Under the pieces are notes generated by a model, which was given only the letters and a program-made list of their open reading frames with translations, searched no databases and was not told the origin of the DNA. From positions 1,078 through 65,077 of the forward strand of contig CAYOGL010000022.1 in NCBI GenBank assembly GCA_964403515.1: 64,000 nucleotides of DNA, given 5' to 3'. The DNA comes from an uncultured Burkholderiales bacterium. Its GTDB lineage: Bacteria; Pseudomonadota; Gammaproteobacteria; Burkholderiales; Usitatibacteraceae. Numbering within the stretch: position 1 is the stretch's first letter; each line of letters starts with the position of its first letter. A program made the position numbers and the translations under genes. This document shows positions 30,891 to 40,948 of this stretch, piece by piece.

Positions 30891-31691
30891 ATGAATTCCG
30901 ATCCGCAAGCCGATGTTCTCCCCTCTCCCGAAACCGTGCGCAGCCAGTTCGATCTGGGCGGCAGCATCGCGCTCGTCACCGGCGCCGGCAGCGGCCTGGG
31001 ACGCGCGATCGCATGGGGTTTGGCATGCCATGGGGCGGATCTCGTCATCGCCGATCTCGACGCCAATGCCGCCTCGCGGGTAGCCGACCAGATAAGGGCC
31101 CTTGGACGTCGCGCACTCGCGATCGCCGTCGACGTGACCGACGAGGGGCAGGTCGAGGACATGGTTTCGCGCTCCCTGCGTGAGTACGGACGCATCGATA
31201 TCAGCGTGAACAATGCGGGCAACAATTGCCGCAAGCCGATCCTGGAGATGTCGGCGCAGGAGTTCGACCGAGTGGTGGACGTCCATCTGCGCGGAACGTT
31301 TCTGTGCGCACGCGCCGTCGGCCGCAGCATGGTGGAGCGGGGCAAGGGAAAGATGATCAACCTCGCCTCGATCATGGGACATGTCGGCGCTCCCGCGATC
31401 GGGCCGTATGCGGCGGCTAAAGGTGGAATCCTGCAGCTCACCAAGGTGCTCGCCCTGGAATGGGCGCCTTATAACGTACAGGTCAACGCGCTCTCACCGG
31501 CGCACTTCGACACGGCTCTCACTCGCCAGCATAGCCCCGAGATGCGAGCCGCGATAATGGAAGAAAACCCGCAGCGCCGATTCGCCTCGCCTGCAGAACT
31601 TATCGGCGCGGCCGTGCTGTTGGCCTCTCCCGCATCGAGTTTCATCACGGGTACATCCCTCCTGGTCGACGGCGGTTGGACCGCGCGCTGA
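30891..31691 (+). CDS. SDR oxidoreductase (gluconate 5-dehydrogenase-like)
   Basis: TGAGSGLG, NNAG, YAAAK. Confidence 0.93.
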   Translation: MNSDPQADVLPSPETVRSQFDLGGSIALVTGAGSGLGRAIAWGLACHGADLVIADLDANAASRVADQIRALGRRALAIAVDVTDEGQVEDMVSRSLREYGRIDISVNNAGNNCRKPILEMSAQEFDRVVDVHLRGTFLCARAVGRSMVERGKGKMINLASIMGHVGAPAIGPYAAAKGGILQLTKVLALEWAPYNVQVNALSPAHFDTALTRQHSPEMRAAIMEENPQRRFASPAELIGAAVLLASPASSFITGTSLLVDGGWTAR

Positions 31692-31713
31692 GCGCTGACC
31701 GGATCGGCGACGC

Positions 31714-32457
31714 ATGGCAAACGGTATCGAAGGCAAGGTCGTCGTCATCACAGGCGCCAGCAGCGGGCTCGGAGAGGCGGCAGCTCGCCTGCTCTCGAGA
31801 GAAGGCGCGATCGTGGTCCTCGGGGCCCGGCGCGTGGATCGTCTGCGCAGCATCGTGGCTCAGCTCTGCGCGAACGATCGCAAGGCGCTCGCGTTCGAAA
31901 CCGACGTCACCCGATTCGAGCAGGTCAAGCGCCTCGTCGACGGGGCCGTGGACGCTTTCGGCCGCATCGACGTCATGGTCAACAACGCGGGACTCATGGC
32001 GCACTCGCTACTCGAGCGCGTGAAGATCGCCGATTGGGACCGCATGATCGACGTGAATCTTCGCGGCGTGCTGCACGGGATCGCCGCGGCGCTGCCGCAG
32101 ATGCAACGGCAGCGCTCGGGCCACATCATCAACGTCTCGTCGATCTCCGGCCACAAGGTGCGTCCGACCACTGCGGTCTACGCGGCGACGAAGCACGGCG
32201 TTCGAGCGATCACCGAAGGGCTGCGGCAGGAAGTCAAACCGTACAACATCCGGACGACGGTGATCTCTCCGGGCGCCGTCGACAGCGAGTTGCCCCAAGG
32301 GCTCACGGAACCCGATATCGCCGACAAGATGCGCAAGCTCTACGAGATCGCCTTGCCCGCCGAATCGTTTGCACGCATGGTCGCGTTCGCGATCAGCGAG
32401 CCCGAAGACGTCGACGTGAACGAGATCGTATTCCGGCCGACGCGGCAGGAGCTGTAG
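31714..32457 (+). CDS. SDR oxidoreductase (YdfG/clavaldehyde dehydrogenase-like)
   Basis: [25 protein letters not shown]-terminus. Confidence 0.93.
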   Translation: MANGIEGKVVVITGASSGLGEAAARLLSREGAIVVLGARRVDRLRSIVAQLCANDRKALAFETDVTRFEQVKRLVDGAVDAFGRIDVMVNNAGLMAHSLLERVKIADWDRMIDVNLRGVLHGIAAALPQMQRQRSGHIINVSSISGHKVRPTTAVYAATKHGVRAITEGLRQEVKPYNIRTTVISPGAVDSELPQGLTEPDIADKMRKLYEIALPAESFARMVAFAISEPEDVDVNEIVFRPTRQEL

Positions 32458-32558
32458 GGAAGCGAGCTGGCCGGTGTCCAATCGGAGGTTCGGGCGCGGC
32501 GTGCGCGTCGTGCTGGGGCGGGGCTAGAGAGGATAGTTCCGGCGAGTGCCCAGCGCGA

Positions 32559-33140
32559 TCAAGGCGAGAACAGCTCGTCCACCGCGACCACGATTGCGGG
32601 CAAGGCAGCGCATGCGACGCGCTGGCCACTCCGCACACAGGACGTCTCGCCGTAGCCGCTCTCGCTCGGCGTGCGAAAGACGTGTATGGCGCGACTGTTC
32701 ACGTCCACGACCCAGAGCTCCGCGATGCCGCAACGCGCATAAAGCGCCGCCTTCCTTCCGAGGTCGAACGCGAGCGTCGTGTCGGCGACCTCGACGACGA
32801 GATGGACATCCGCCGCCTGCGGATGCGAGCTCGCATAGTCGTCGGCGCGTGGCCTGAGGAGCGCCAGATCCGGCTGGGGCACCGAGAGATTCGAGATGAT
32901 GACCGGATTCTGCACGGCGACGACGGCCGTATTGCCCGCGCGCTGGACCAACAGCCGTGTCAACTTGTTGACGCACCCGGCGTGCGGGCTGCCGATCGGC
33001 GCCATCTCGATGATCTCCCCTTCGATCAACTCGAGCCGGGCCTCGGGCGCAAACACGCCCGCTTCGCCCATGCGGAGGTACTCCGCGGCGCTGATCGGGT
33101 GCTTCTGGGGGTGATCGAGAAGTGCGCTCATTGCGGACAT
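32559..33140 (-). CDS. Uma2-family PD-(D/E)xK endonuclease-like protein
   Basis: ELIEGEIIEMAP, PQPDL, LVVEVA, YARCGIAELWVVD. Confidence 0.9.
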   Translation of the reverse strand: MSAMSALLDHPQKHPISAAEYLRMGEAGVFAPEARLELIEGEIIEMAPIGSPHAGCVNKLTRLLVQRAGNTAVVAVQNPVIISNLSVPQPDLALLRPRADDYASSHPQAADVHLVVEVADTTLAFDLGRKAALYARCGIAELWVVDVNSRAIHVFRTPSESGYGETSCVRSGQRVACAALPAIVVAVDELFSP

Positions 33141-33188
33141 CGTACTGCCGGCTCCATGCTGCATCAACGCGGGGTCGGCGGCGGTCGT

Positions 33189-33848
33189 TTACGGGCCGAA
33201 CGTCGTGCCGTGCTCTTGCGCGACCTGCCTCAACGCCTGCTCATAGCGCTCCGGCGGCTGCGCGCCTTCGAGCGCGTACTTGTCCTCGACGATCACTAGC
33301 GGCACGCCGGACACTCCCCGCTGCAGCCAGTAGCGCTCTCGTTCACGAACCTCCGGCTCGAACTCGCGGCTTTCGAGGACCGACCGGGCGCGTGCCGAAT
33401 CGAGACCGACCGCGCCGGCGAGCTCCATGAGGACATCGGGCGCCGCGGGATTGCGTCCTTCGCCGTGATACGCGCGAAGCAGCGCACGCTCGAGCGGCAA
33501 GGCGCGACCCTCGAGACCCGCCCAGTGCAGCATTCGGTGAGCGTCGAAGGTGTTCCATACGTGCTTGCGATCCCCGAACTTGAAGCCCACCGCCGCCCCG
33601 CTTTGGCGGATGCGTGCCTGGGTCTGCGCGATCTGCCCGGGCGTGCGACCGTACTTGCGCGCGAGGTACGGCACCACTTCCGTTCCTTCCGGGCCCATGT
33701 CGGGATTGAGCTCGAAGGGCTCGATGTGCACCGTGGTTTCGATTTCACCGCCGATGCGCGCGAGTGCCTGGTCGAGTGACGCAAGTCCGATGGCGCACCA
33801 CGGGCAAGCGACGTCGGAGATGAAGGACAGATTGAGGTGTGGTTTCAT
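33189..33848 (-). CDS. DsbA/FrnE-like oxidoreductase
   Basis: SDVACPWCAIG, NTFDAHR, GVSGVP. Confidence 0.92.
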   Translation of the reverse strand: MKPHLNLSFISDVACPWCAIGLASLDQALARIGGEIETTVHIEPFELNPDMGPEGTEVVPYLARKYGRTPGQIAQTQARIRQSGAAVGFKFGDRKHVWNTFDAHRMLHWAGLEGRALPLERALLRAYHGEGRNPAAPDVLMELAGAVGLDSARARSVLESREFEPEVRERERYWLQRGVSGVPLVIVEDKYALEGAQPPERYEQALRQVAQEHGTTFGP

Positions 33849-33948
33849 TGTCGCACCGATCGGCCGGCCGTCCTCGACGTATCGACCAGGATGAGCCAAG
33901 ATTGACGCGGGTTGCAGATCGCGTCTCGCACACTACCACGGAGATTTC

Positions 33949-34389
33949 ATGAGCGATCGAGTCGTGAAAGTCGGCCAGCTGGAGATCCGCTATCTCGTCG
34001 ATGGCGCGCAAGAGCGCGGATTGGGCGTGTTCGAACTGACGATCCCTCCCGGTTCGAACGTTCCTCCGCCCCACAGCCACAGCAAAAACGAGGAGTGCGT
34101 CTACGTGCTGGAAGGCGTGCTGCGGTACTCGGTCGACCAGGAGACCCGCGACCTGAAGGCTGGGGAGTGGATGTCGACGCCGCGAGGATCGGTGCACGCC
34201 TTCAGCAACCCCGGCTCGGAGACCGCACGCGCGCTCGTCATGCTCACACCGGATATCGGCGAGCAATATTTCCGCGACGTCGCAGCCGTCGTCGGCGCCG
34301 GCGGGCCGCCCGACCGGGCGAAGCTCCTCGAGGTGATGGGTCGATACGGCTTGGTCGCGGCCGCACCCAAGCAAGCGGCGCATGGCTGA
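33949..34389 (+). CDS. Cupin domain protein
   Basis: PPPHSH...EECVYVLEG, PRGSVHAFSN. Confidence 0.92.
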   Translation: MSDRVVKVGQLEIRYLVDGAQERGLGVFELTIPPGSNVPPPHSHSKNEECVYVLEGVLRYSVDQETRDLKAGEWMSTPRGSVHAFSNPGSETARALVMLTPDIGEQYFRDVAAVVGAGGPPDRAKLLEVMGRYGLVAAAPKQAAHG

Positions 34390-34424
34390 AGCGGTCGATC
34401 GATATCGATCGGATCGATAAGTCC

Positions 34425-34516
34425 CGTCTCCCCGGGGGTTGCGAATCGCGCTGAGGCTGATCCTCGCGCCGATTCGTTGCGAGCGCTAAAGCCAAGCGCT
34501 CGCGACCGCCGGCTCG
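34425..34516 (+). repeat. Structured repeat, copy 1: degenerate tRNA-Glu 3' end followed by two hairpins
   Basis: Aligns with 41264-41352; hairpin TTGCGAGCGCT-AAAGCCA-AGCGCTCGCGA at 34477-34505. Confidence 0.85.
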
Positions 34517-34682
34517 CGCGATTCACTCTCGGTGTCTGAGCCGCCGCATTCCGCGAAGAGACTCACGCGCTTCGACAACCCCAACAGCGCGGTGTCTCGC
34601 GATACGGGACAGCCAATTTCCCGTTGACATCCCGTTCGATTGCGGCGCTAGATGAGTTCTACTAACGAGACGGTGTCTCTCT

Positions 34683-35498
34683 ATGCGGGACGAGCTCAAA
34701 AGCCTGGATCGAGGACTGCGGGTGCTCACGGAGCTCGCGCAATCGAAGCAGCCGCTCGGCGTGCGAGAGCTGGCCCGACGACTCGCCATCGACCGCAGCA
34801 CCGTGCAGCGGTGCCTGACGACCTTGAAGTCACGCGGGTTCGTGCGGCAGGACGCGAGGTCGCGCGGGTATGAGTTGGGATACGCCTCACGCGCGCTCGC
34901 CGCCTCCATCGCGACTACCGACGATCTGATTGCCGCGAGCGAAGGCCCGATGAGGGCATTGGCAGCCGCCGCTGGCGAGACGATCTGCCTGAACGTCCGC
35001 GAAGACGGCTGGCGCGTGCTCCTCTTCCAGGTCGAGAGCGATCAGCCGCTGCGCTATTCCATCAAGCTCGGCCAGCGCTACCCGCTGCATTGCGGCGCGG
35101 CCAGCAAGGTGCTCGTGGCGTTTCTTCCCGAGGAGGAATTCGCGGCGTTGCGCGGCGAAATTGACTCGAACTGGAAGAGCCTCACGCAAGCCACCCCCGC
35201 GAGCTGGCGCCAGTTCGAGCGCGCGCTCGCGGAGATCAGGGCGAACGGCTACGCGGTGACGCGAGGTGAGACTGTCGCAGGCGTCGTGGGCATCGCAGCT
35301 CCGGTCCGTGATGCGTCCGGCCGCGTCTTGGCAGCCCTGGGCGTGTACGGCCCCGAGATCCGTCTTGGACCCACCCGCGTCAGGCAACTCATCCCGCGCG
35401 TGAAGAAAGCAGCATCGGAGATTTCCATGGCCCTGGGCGCGCAGGCCCAGCGGCCCGGGAAGGCAGTGAAACGTGAACTCTTATATGCGGAGGCTTGA
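34683..35498 (+). CDS. IclR family regulator
   Basis: KSLDRGLRVL, RSTVQRCL, LHCGAASK, GVVGIAAPV. Confidence 0.94.
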   Translation: MRDELKSLDRGLRVLTELAQSKQPLGVRELARRLAIDRSTVQRCLTTLKSRGFVRQDARSRGYELGYASRALAASIATTDDLIAASEGPMRALAAAAGETICLNVREDGWRVLLFQVESDQPLRYSIKLGQRYPLHCGAASKVLVAFLPEEEFAALRGEIDSNWKSLTQATPASWRQFERALAEIRANGYAVTRGETVAGVVGIAAPVRDASGRVLAALGVYGPEIRLGPTRVRQLIPRVKKAASEISMALGAQAQRPGKAVKRELLYAEA

Positions 35499-36353
35499 AT
35501 GGCAAAGGAAAGCGTCATCGAAAGGACTTCGGACGTCACGCGGCACGCCAAGAGCGGGGGCGGCCGCCTGATCGAAAAGGCGGGACGGATGGTGCTCACG
35601 GACATCATCTACCGCAAGGATGGGCCGATCGCCCGCATCACGCTGAATCGCCCGCAGGTGCGCAACGCCTTCACATACGAGACGCAGAAACAGCTGCGCG
35701 AGATCTGGAAGGACTTCGACAAGGATCCGGATCTGCGCGTCGCGATCCTGAACGGCAATGGAGCTGCATTCTGCGCCGGCGTCGACATGAACAAGGAAAC
35801 GGTGCTGAGCCACGGCGAATTCCATTCCGACGGCGTCGTCTACTTCGACCTCGACTACTACTCGAAGCCGATCATCGCTGCCATACATGGAGCGGCGGTC
35901 GCGGGCGGATGCAGCCTGGCGCTGGGCGCCGATGTCGTGATCGCGGCGGAGGGAACGAAGATCGGCTATCCGCAGACGCGCTTCGGCTTCATGGCGGGCG
36001 GAGAGGGGCAGGTGCGCTTCTATCACCTGTCACCCAACCTGTGCCGCTGGTACATGATGTCCGGCGAGCTTCTGAGCGCCGAAGAAGCGTACCGGATCGG
36101 CATGATCCTGGAGGTCGTGTCGCAGGAGCGGCTGCTCAAGCGCGCCGACGAGCTCGCGCAAAAGCTGCTCGATTGCTCGCCGCTGGCCGTGAAGTACACG
36201 AAGGAATCGCTCGTCGCGGTGGAAGGCGTGCCGATGTACGAGGGCTATCGGCGCTCGCGCATCGTCTGCAACAAGTACTACGAGACGGAGGACTACCAGG
36301 AAGGCGTTCGCGCATTCGTCGGCAAGCGCAAGCCGGTGTTCAAGGGCCGCTGA
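35499..36353 (+). CDS. Enoyl-CoA hydratase/isomerase family protein
   Basis: ITLNRPQVRNA, AFCAGVDM, KPIIAAIHG..AGG. Confidence 0.92.
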   Translation: MAKESVIERTSDVTRHAKSGGGRLIEKAGRMVLTDIIYRKDGPIARITLNRPQVRNAFTYETQKQLREIWKDFDKDPDLRVAILNGNGAAFCAGVDMNKETVLSHGEFHSDGVVYFDLDYYSKPIIAAIHGAAVAGGCSLALGADVVIAAEGTKIGYPQTRFGFMAGGEGQVRFYHLSPNLCRWYMMSGELLSAEEAYRIGMILEVVSQERLLKRADELAQKLLDCSPLAVKYTKESLVAVEGVPMYEGYRRSRIVCNKYYETEDYQEGVRAFVGKRKPVFKGR

Positions 36354-36362
36354 GGCGCGGTC

Positions 36363-37478
36363 GTGGACTTGCGCGAATGCGAAGGTAAGCAGCTCCTCGC
36401 GAGGTACGGCATCGCCGTGCCTCGCGGGGCGATCGCCCGTACGCCGGACGACGCTGCGGCCATCCAGCGCGACCTCGGCACGCGGGTCGTGTTGAAAGCG
36501 CAAGTTCTCGCGGGCGGACGGGGCAAGGCAGGACTCGTTCAGGTGGCGGAGCCGAGCGAGGTGCAGCGGGTGGCCGAAACGCTGCTCGGCGCCCGGCATC
36601 GAGGCGAGCGCATCGGCGCCATCCTCGTGGAAGAGGCGCTCTCGCCTAGGGCCGAGTGCTATGCCTGCGTCGTGCTCGATACGTCATCGCGTACCCGGAA
36701 GCTCTTCGTATCGATCGAGGGCGGCGTCGACGTCGAGGCGCACCGCGATGCCGTGCGATCGATTGCATTCACGCGGAAGAGCCGCCCGCCCGCCGACGAG
36801 CTCCAGAAAACCTGGCGAGGCCTCGGCTGCGCCGTCGGAAGCGAAACCGCGCTCGCCACGTTCACCGAAAAACTCGTCGAGTGCTTCATCGAGACCGGCG
36901 CTCGGCAGGTCGAGGTGAATCCGGCGGGACTCGACGCGCGACGAGTCATCGCGATGGACTCGAAGGTCGTGGTCGAAGACAACGCCGAGCTGCCGATCGA
37001 GCGGCTCGACGCAGGCGACGCGGGTCTTGAAGACGAAGGCCGCTCGCTGGGGCTTCCGATGGTGCTGCTTGGAGGAAAGATCGGCGTCATCACGAGTGGC
37101 GCGGGCCTCGGGCTCGCCACCGTCGACACCATCTCCGCATGCGGTTCATCGGCCGCGAACTTCCTGGATCTCGGCGGCGGCGCGAGCGCCGAGCGCATGA
37201 AAACGGCCATCGATCTCGTGCGCCGCGTTCCGGGGGTGCAGGCGATCTTCGTGAACGTGCATGGCGGGCTCAACGACTGCATGCTGCTCGCCGAGGGCGT
37301 GCTCGCGTCGGGCGCAGCCGAGATCATGCCGGTGCTCGTCCGTATGTCCGGTTACCGGGCGCCCGAGGCGCGGGCGCTGCTGCAGTCGCGCGGTGTTCGC
37401 CATGCGGGCGTCGATCCGATGGACGAGTGCGTCGCATCGCTCGCCGCGGCACTGGCGCCGGCGGCCGTGTCCGCATGA
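36363..37478 (+). CDS. Succinyl-CoA synthetase beta-like ATP-grasp subunit (divergent)
   Basis: MDLRECEGKQLL, KAQVLAGGRGKAG, SGAGLG, ANFLDLGGG. Confidence 0.88.
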   Translation: MDLRECEGKQLLARYGIAVPRGAIARTPDDAAAIQRDLGTRVVLKAQVLAGGRGKAGLVQVAEPSEVQRVAETLLGARHRGERIGAILVEEALSPRAECYACVVLDTSSRTRKLFVSIEGGVDVEAHRDAVRSIAFTRKSRPPADELQKTWRGLGCAVGSETALATFTEKLVECFIETGARQVEVNPAGLDARRVIAMDSKVVVEDNAELPIERLDAGDAGLEDEGRSLGLPMVLLGGKIGVITSGAGLGLATVDTISACGSSAANFLDLGGGASAERMKTAIDLVRRVPGVQAIFVNVHGGLNDCMLLAEGVLASGAAEIMPVLVRMSGYRAPEARALLQSRGVRHAGVDPMDECVASLAAALAPAAVSA

Positions 37479-38371
37479 ATCCGCTTGCCCTGCTCCACGC
37501 CTCCACGCCGATCGTGCTTCAGGGCATCTCCGGCCGGCAGGGGCGGGTGCAGGTGATGCGGCTGCTGCAGAGCGGCACGCGAGTAGTTGCCGGCGTGGCG
37601 CCTGGGCATGGTGGCGAGACCATCGAAGGTGTCCCCGTCTTCGATGGAATGAAGCAAGCGGTCGATGAGACGGGAGCCCGGGTGGCGATGATCATGGTTC
37701 CCCCACGCGCAGCGCCCGAAGCGGTGATTGAAGCGATCAGCGCACGAATGCGCCTCATCGTGCTCGTCACCGAGCATATCGCCGCCCAGACCGCCCTTGA
37801 CCTCGTTGAAGAGGCGCGCGCGAACGGTAGTTGTCTGATCGGGCCGAATACCGCCGGACTGATCCTTCCGGGACGCGTCAAGATCGGCATCATGGCCCAC
37901 GAGATGTACATGTCTGGTGCAATGGCGCTGCTCTCGCGTAGCGGCACGCTGATGAGCGAGGTCGCGCACCAGCTCAAGAATGCTGGTGTCGGCCAATCGG
38001 TCTGCATCGATATCGGCGGCGATCCGATCGTGGGGCACGGATTCGCGGAAGTGCTCGGCTGGCTCCGGAGCGATGGCAAAACGAAAGCCGCGGCCATACT
38101 GGGGGAGATCGGCGGGCGGCAGGAGCACGAGGCGTGTCAACACCTGCGGGACGCGGGCCTGCCCTTCCCGATCTACGGTCTCGTCGTCGGTCATGCCGCG
38201 CCCGACGGCAGACGCATGGGCCACGCCGGCGCGCTCATCGAAGGTGAAGCGAGCACGGCACGCTCGAAAACGGCAGCGTTCGAACAGCTTGGAATCAGGA
38301 CCGCAGCCACCGTGGATCAGCTCGTGCGCCGGATTCGGCGAGATCTTGCGGAAGCGGAGGTTGCGGCATGA
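37475..38371 (+). CDS. Succinyl-CoA synthetase alpha-like subunit (divergent)
   Basis: QGISG, IGPNTAG, SRSGTL, IGGDP, RMGHAGA phospho-His. Confidence 0.9.
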   Translation: MNPLALLHASTPIVLQGISGRQGRVQVMRLLQSGTRVVAGVAPGHGGETIEGVPVFDGMKQAVDETGARVAMIMVPPRAAPEAVIEAISARMRLIVLVTEHIAAQTALDLVEEARANGSCLIGPNTAGLILPGRVKIGIMAHEMYMSGAMALLSRSGTLMSEVAHQLKNAGVGQSVCIDIGGDPIVGHGFAEVLGWLRSDGKTKAAAILGEIGGRQEHEACQHLRDAGLPFPIYGLVVGHAAPDGRRMGHAGALIEGEASTARSKTAAFEQLGIRTAATVDQLVRRIRRDLAEAEVAA

Positions 38372-39246
38372 ATGCCGCGGCGGCTGCATTCGTCGCCACG
38401 CGCGAGCTCGGTCTTCACGTCTACGGGCACTTGCTGGGAATCTGGTGCGAGGCCGTGAATGCGAAGACTTGCGAAGCGACCATGGCGAATGCCGCGCATT
38501 GTCTCGACGAGCGCGGCCTGCCTGCCATCGGCGCTCTCGCCACGCTGGGCGACATGGCGATGCAGACGGCGCTGCTCGCGACGTATCCGGGACAGCGACT
38601 CGCGACGAGGAATATCACCGTCCGCCGCTTCGTGACCGAGCCTTGTTCCGACATCCATGCGACCGCCAGAGCTTTGTGCAGCCTGGCGAAGTATGCGGCG
38701 GCGGAGACGCTCTTTTCGGGCGATTCCGGCGCCCCCCTCGCTCACGCGACCGCCACATTCGTTCCCGTTCGCCCGCCGCGCGGCTGGCAGCCGCTTCCGT
38801 GGGAGCTCGGAAAAGGCCGCCCCACCTCCCGCGAGACCGAGTCGTCGCTGAATCTGAGCGCCGATGAACGAGCCGCCTCCGACGCGCTGCAACGCGTGCT
38901 CGAGCGAGCCGACGTTCGCTACGCCGATTTGCTGGGGTTAGGCGATAAGGGCCTCGCTGGCGAAAGCTGCCGATGGCCGCTGCAGGAACATCTTCTGAAC
39001 CGGGCGAAGGAAGCGCAGGGCGGCGCCATCTTCGGCGCACTCGCCGAGCGATCTCGCCGATTAGCCCCCGACTCCGCCGTCACGCGCGAACACACAACGA
39101 TCTATTTCCGGCCGGCCATGACCGACCTGACGATCGATGCGCGCATCGTGCGCGCGGGCAGGCGGTTCGTGGCGACGACGGCAAGCGCCGTGGACGAGGA
39201 AGGCGAGCTCGTCGCAACCGCGTGGAGTGAGTTCACGGTCGAGTGA
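38368..39246 (+). CDS. Double hot-dog fold thioesterase-like protein
   Basis: Two PaaI-like halves (ATLGDMAM; QGGAIFG...ARIVRAGRRF). Confidence 0.75.
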   Translation: MNAAAAAFVATRELGLHVYGHLLGIWCEAVNAKTCEATMANAAHCLDERGLPAIGALATLGDMAMQTALLATYPGQRLATRNITVRRFVTEPCSDIHATARALCSLAKYAAAETLFSGDSGAPLAHATATFVPVRPPRGWQPLPWELGKGRPTSRETESSLNLSADERAASDALQRVLERADVRYADLLGLGDKGLAGESCRWPLQEHLLNRAKEAQGGAIFGALAERSRRLAPDSAVTREHTTIYFRPAMTDLTIDARIVRAGRRFVATTASAVDEEGELVATAWSEFTVE

Positions 39247-39311
39247 GCCAGGGAGAAGAAAAGGAACGTTCGCATATGAGTTGAGCCGAGCACGGCCGGC
39301 TGGAGGGGAAC

Positions 39312-40286
39312 ATGATGAGGCTCTTTGGCAGAATCATTGCTGCGTCGACGGTCGTCGCATGCGCAATCGGCATCTGTTTCGGCGACGAGCCGTATCCGAG
39401 TCGACCCGTGCACATTCTCGTGCCGTTCACCGCGGGGACCAACGCCGATCTTGTCGCGCGCATGTATGCCGATCGCTTGAGCCAGCGGCTCGGACAATCG
39501 TTCGTCGTCGAGAACCGGCCCGGCGCCGGCGGCGTGGTGGCCGCCGTAACACTCCTCGCTGCGCCGGCCGACGGCTACACGGTCATGTTCGTATCCTCGG
39601 CGCACGCCGTGAATCCCAGCTTCTACAAGAAGCTGCCTTATGACACGCTCGCCGACTTTTCCGGAGTCGCGCTCGTCGGCAGCTCGCCCACGGTGCTCGT
39701 GGTGAGTCCTGCGCTCGGCGCCAGGACGCAGACCGATTTCGTGAAACTGGTCTCCGCGAATCCGGGCAAGCTCAACTTCGGCTCGGCCGGCATTGGCAGC
39801 GCGACGCATCTGGCGTGCCAGGCGTTTCTCGACGACGCGCATCTGGACATGGTGCACGTGCCGTACAAAGGGGTGCAGGAAATCCTCACGGATCTCATGG
39901 GCGGACGACTGCAGCTTGGATGTCCGCCGGTGGGACTCGCCGCGCCGCAAGTGAAGGCCGGTCGACTGCTCGCTCTTTCGATCATGAGCGACAAGCGCAG
40001 TCCGCTTCTGCCCGATGTGCCGACGAGCGCCGAGGCGGGACTCGACGGAGCGGACTTCGGCATCTGGTACGGGATGGTCGCTTCGAGCAAGACGCCGAAG
40101 CCAATTCTCGAGCGGCTCGCGAACGCCGTGTCGGAAGTCTCGAAGGAGCCGCAGCTGCAAGAGACGATGCTCAAGCAGGGTGTCGTGCCTCAGTTCGTCG
40201 CGCTCACGAGCTTTGATGCGTTCATCAAGAGCGACATCGCGCGATTCCACAAGATGGTCGCCGAGCCGATCGCCAGTCTGAAATGA
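39312..40286 (+). CDS. Bug/TctC substrate-binding protein
   Basis: VPFTAG..AD, VENRPGAGG, VHVPYKG. Confidence 0.93.
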   Translation: MMRLFGRIIAASTVVACAIGICFGDEPYPSRPVHILVPFTAGTNADLVARMYADRLSQRLGQSFVVENRPGAGGVVAAVTLLAAPADGYTVMFVSSAHAVNPSFYKKLPYDTLADFSGVALVGSSPTVLVVSPALGARTQTDFVKLVSANPGKLNFGSAGIGSATHLACQAFLDDAHLDMVHVPYKGVQEILTDLMGGRLQLGCPPVGLAAPQVKAGRLLALSIMSDKRSPLLPDVPTSAEAGLDGADFGIWYGMVASSKTPKPILERLANAVSEVSKEPQLQETMLKQGVVPQFVALTSFDAFIKSDIARFHKMVAEPIASLK

Positions 40287-40378
40287 GCGGTGGGATTGCG
40301 AATCGTACGCGGGCCGTGGCAGCAACGAAGAGCGCGTCTACTTGCTAAAAGGCGTGCTCCCGACGCCAATAATGGCGT

Positions 40379-40888
40379 ATGGCGTACTTCCTCTGCACCG
40401 AGCGGCTCGGCTTCCGTCACTGGTCCGACAGCGATTTCGAGCTCGCCATGGCGCATTGGGGCGACCCGGAGGTGACGCGGCTCATCGACTTGCGCACACC
40501 GCTCGGCCCCGAGCAGGTGCAGGAGCGACTCGACACTGAGATCGCCAACCAGAGGTTCTACGGCATGCAGTACTGGCCGATGTTCGCCCTCGAAGACGGG
40601 TCGCATGTCGGTTGCTGCGGGTTGCGGCCGCGCGCCAAGCGCGTGCACGAGCTCGGGTTCCACGTTCGCTCGAGGCTGTGGCGCAACGGTTACGCCTTCG
40701 AGGCGGCACGGGCGGTCGCCGCGTACGCCTTCGATGCGCTCGGAGCAAGCGAGCTCGTCGCGGGCCACCATCCGCGCAATGCCGCGTCTCGACGCGTGCT
40801 CGAGAAGCTCGGCTTTGAATTCGTGCGGGAAGAGTTCTACGCGCCGACCGGGCTGCGACATCCTTCCTACGTTCTTCGCGCCAAGTGA
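40379..40888 (+). CDS. GNAT N-acetyltransferase (RimJ/RimL type)
   Basis: TERLGFR, VGCCGL, ELGFH...WRNGYAFEAA, N.ASRRVLEKLGF. Confidence 0.93.
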   Translation: MAYFLCTERLGFRHWSDSDFELAMAHWGDPEVTRLIDLRTPLGPEQVQERLDTEIANQRFYGMQYWPMFALEDGSHVGCCGLRPRAKRVHELGFHVRSRLWRNGYAFEAARAVAAYAFDALGASELVAGHHPRNAASRRVLEKLGFEFVREEFYAPTGLRHPSYVLRAK

Positions 40889-40948
40889 GCTATTCGCCGG
40901 CGTTCGAACGGGACTCGATTGTGTGATCTCGACGTTCTTGCCGGACGC

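Noticed and set aside
32559-33140. Uma2 nuclease as a defence partner of the CD-NTase
   Set aside because: It is 9 kb away, separated by unrelated cargo, and Uma2 genes are commonly solitary.
34528-34680. Three CGGTGTCT motifs upstream of the IclR gene as operators
   Set aside because: Short, GC-rich and irregularly spaced; cannot be separated from chance without comparative data.
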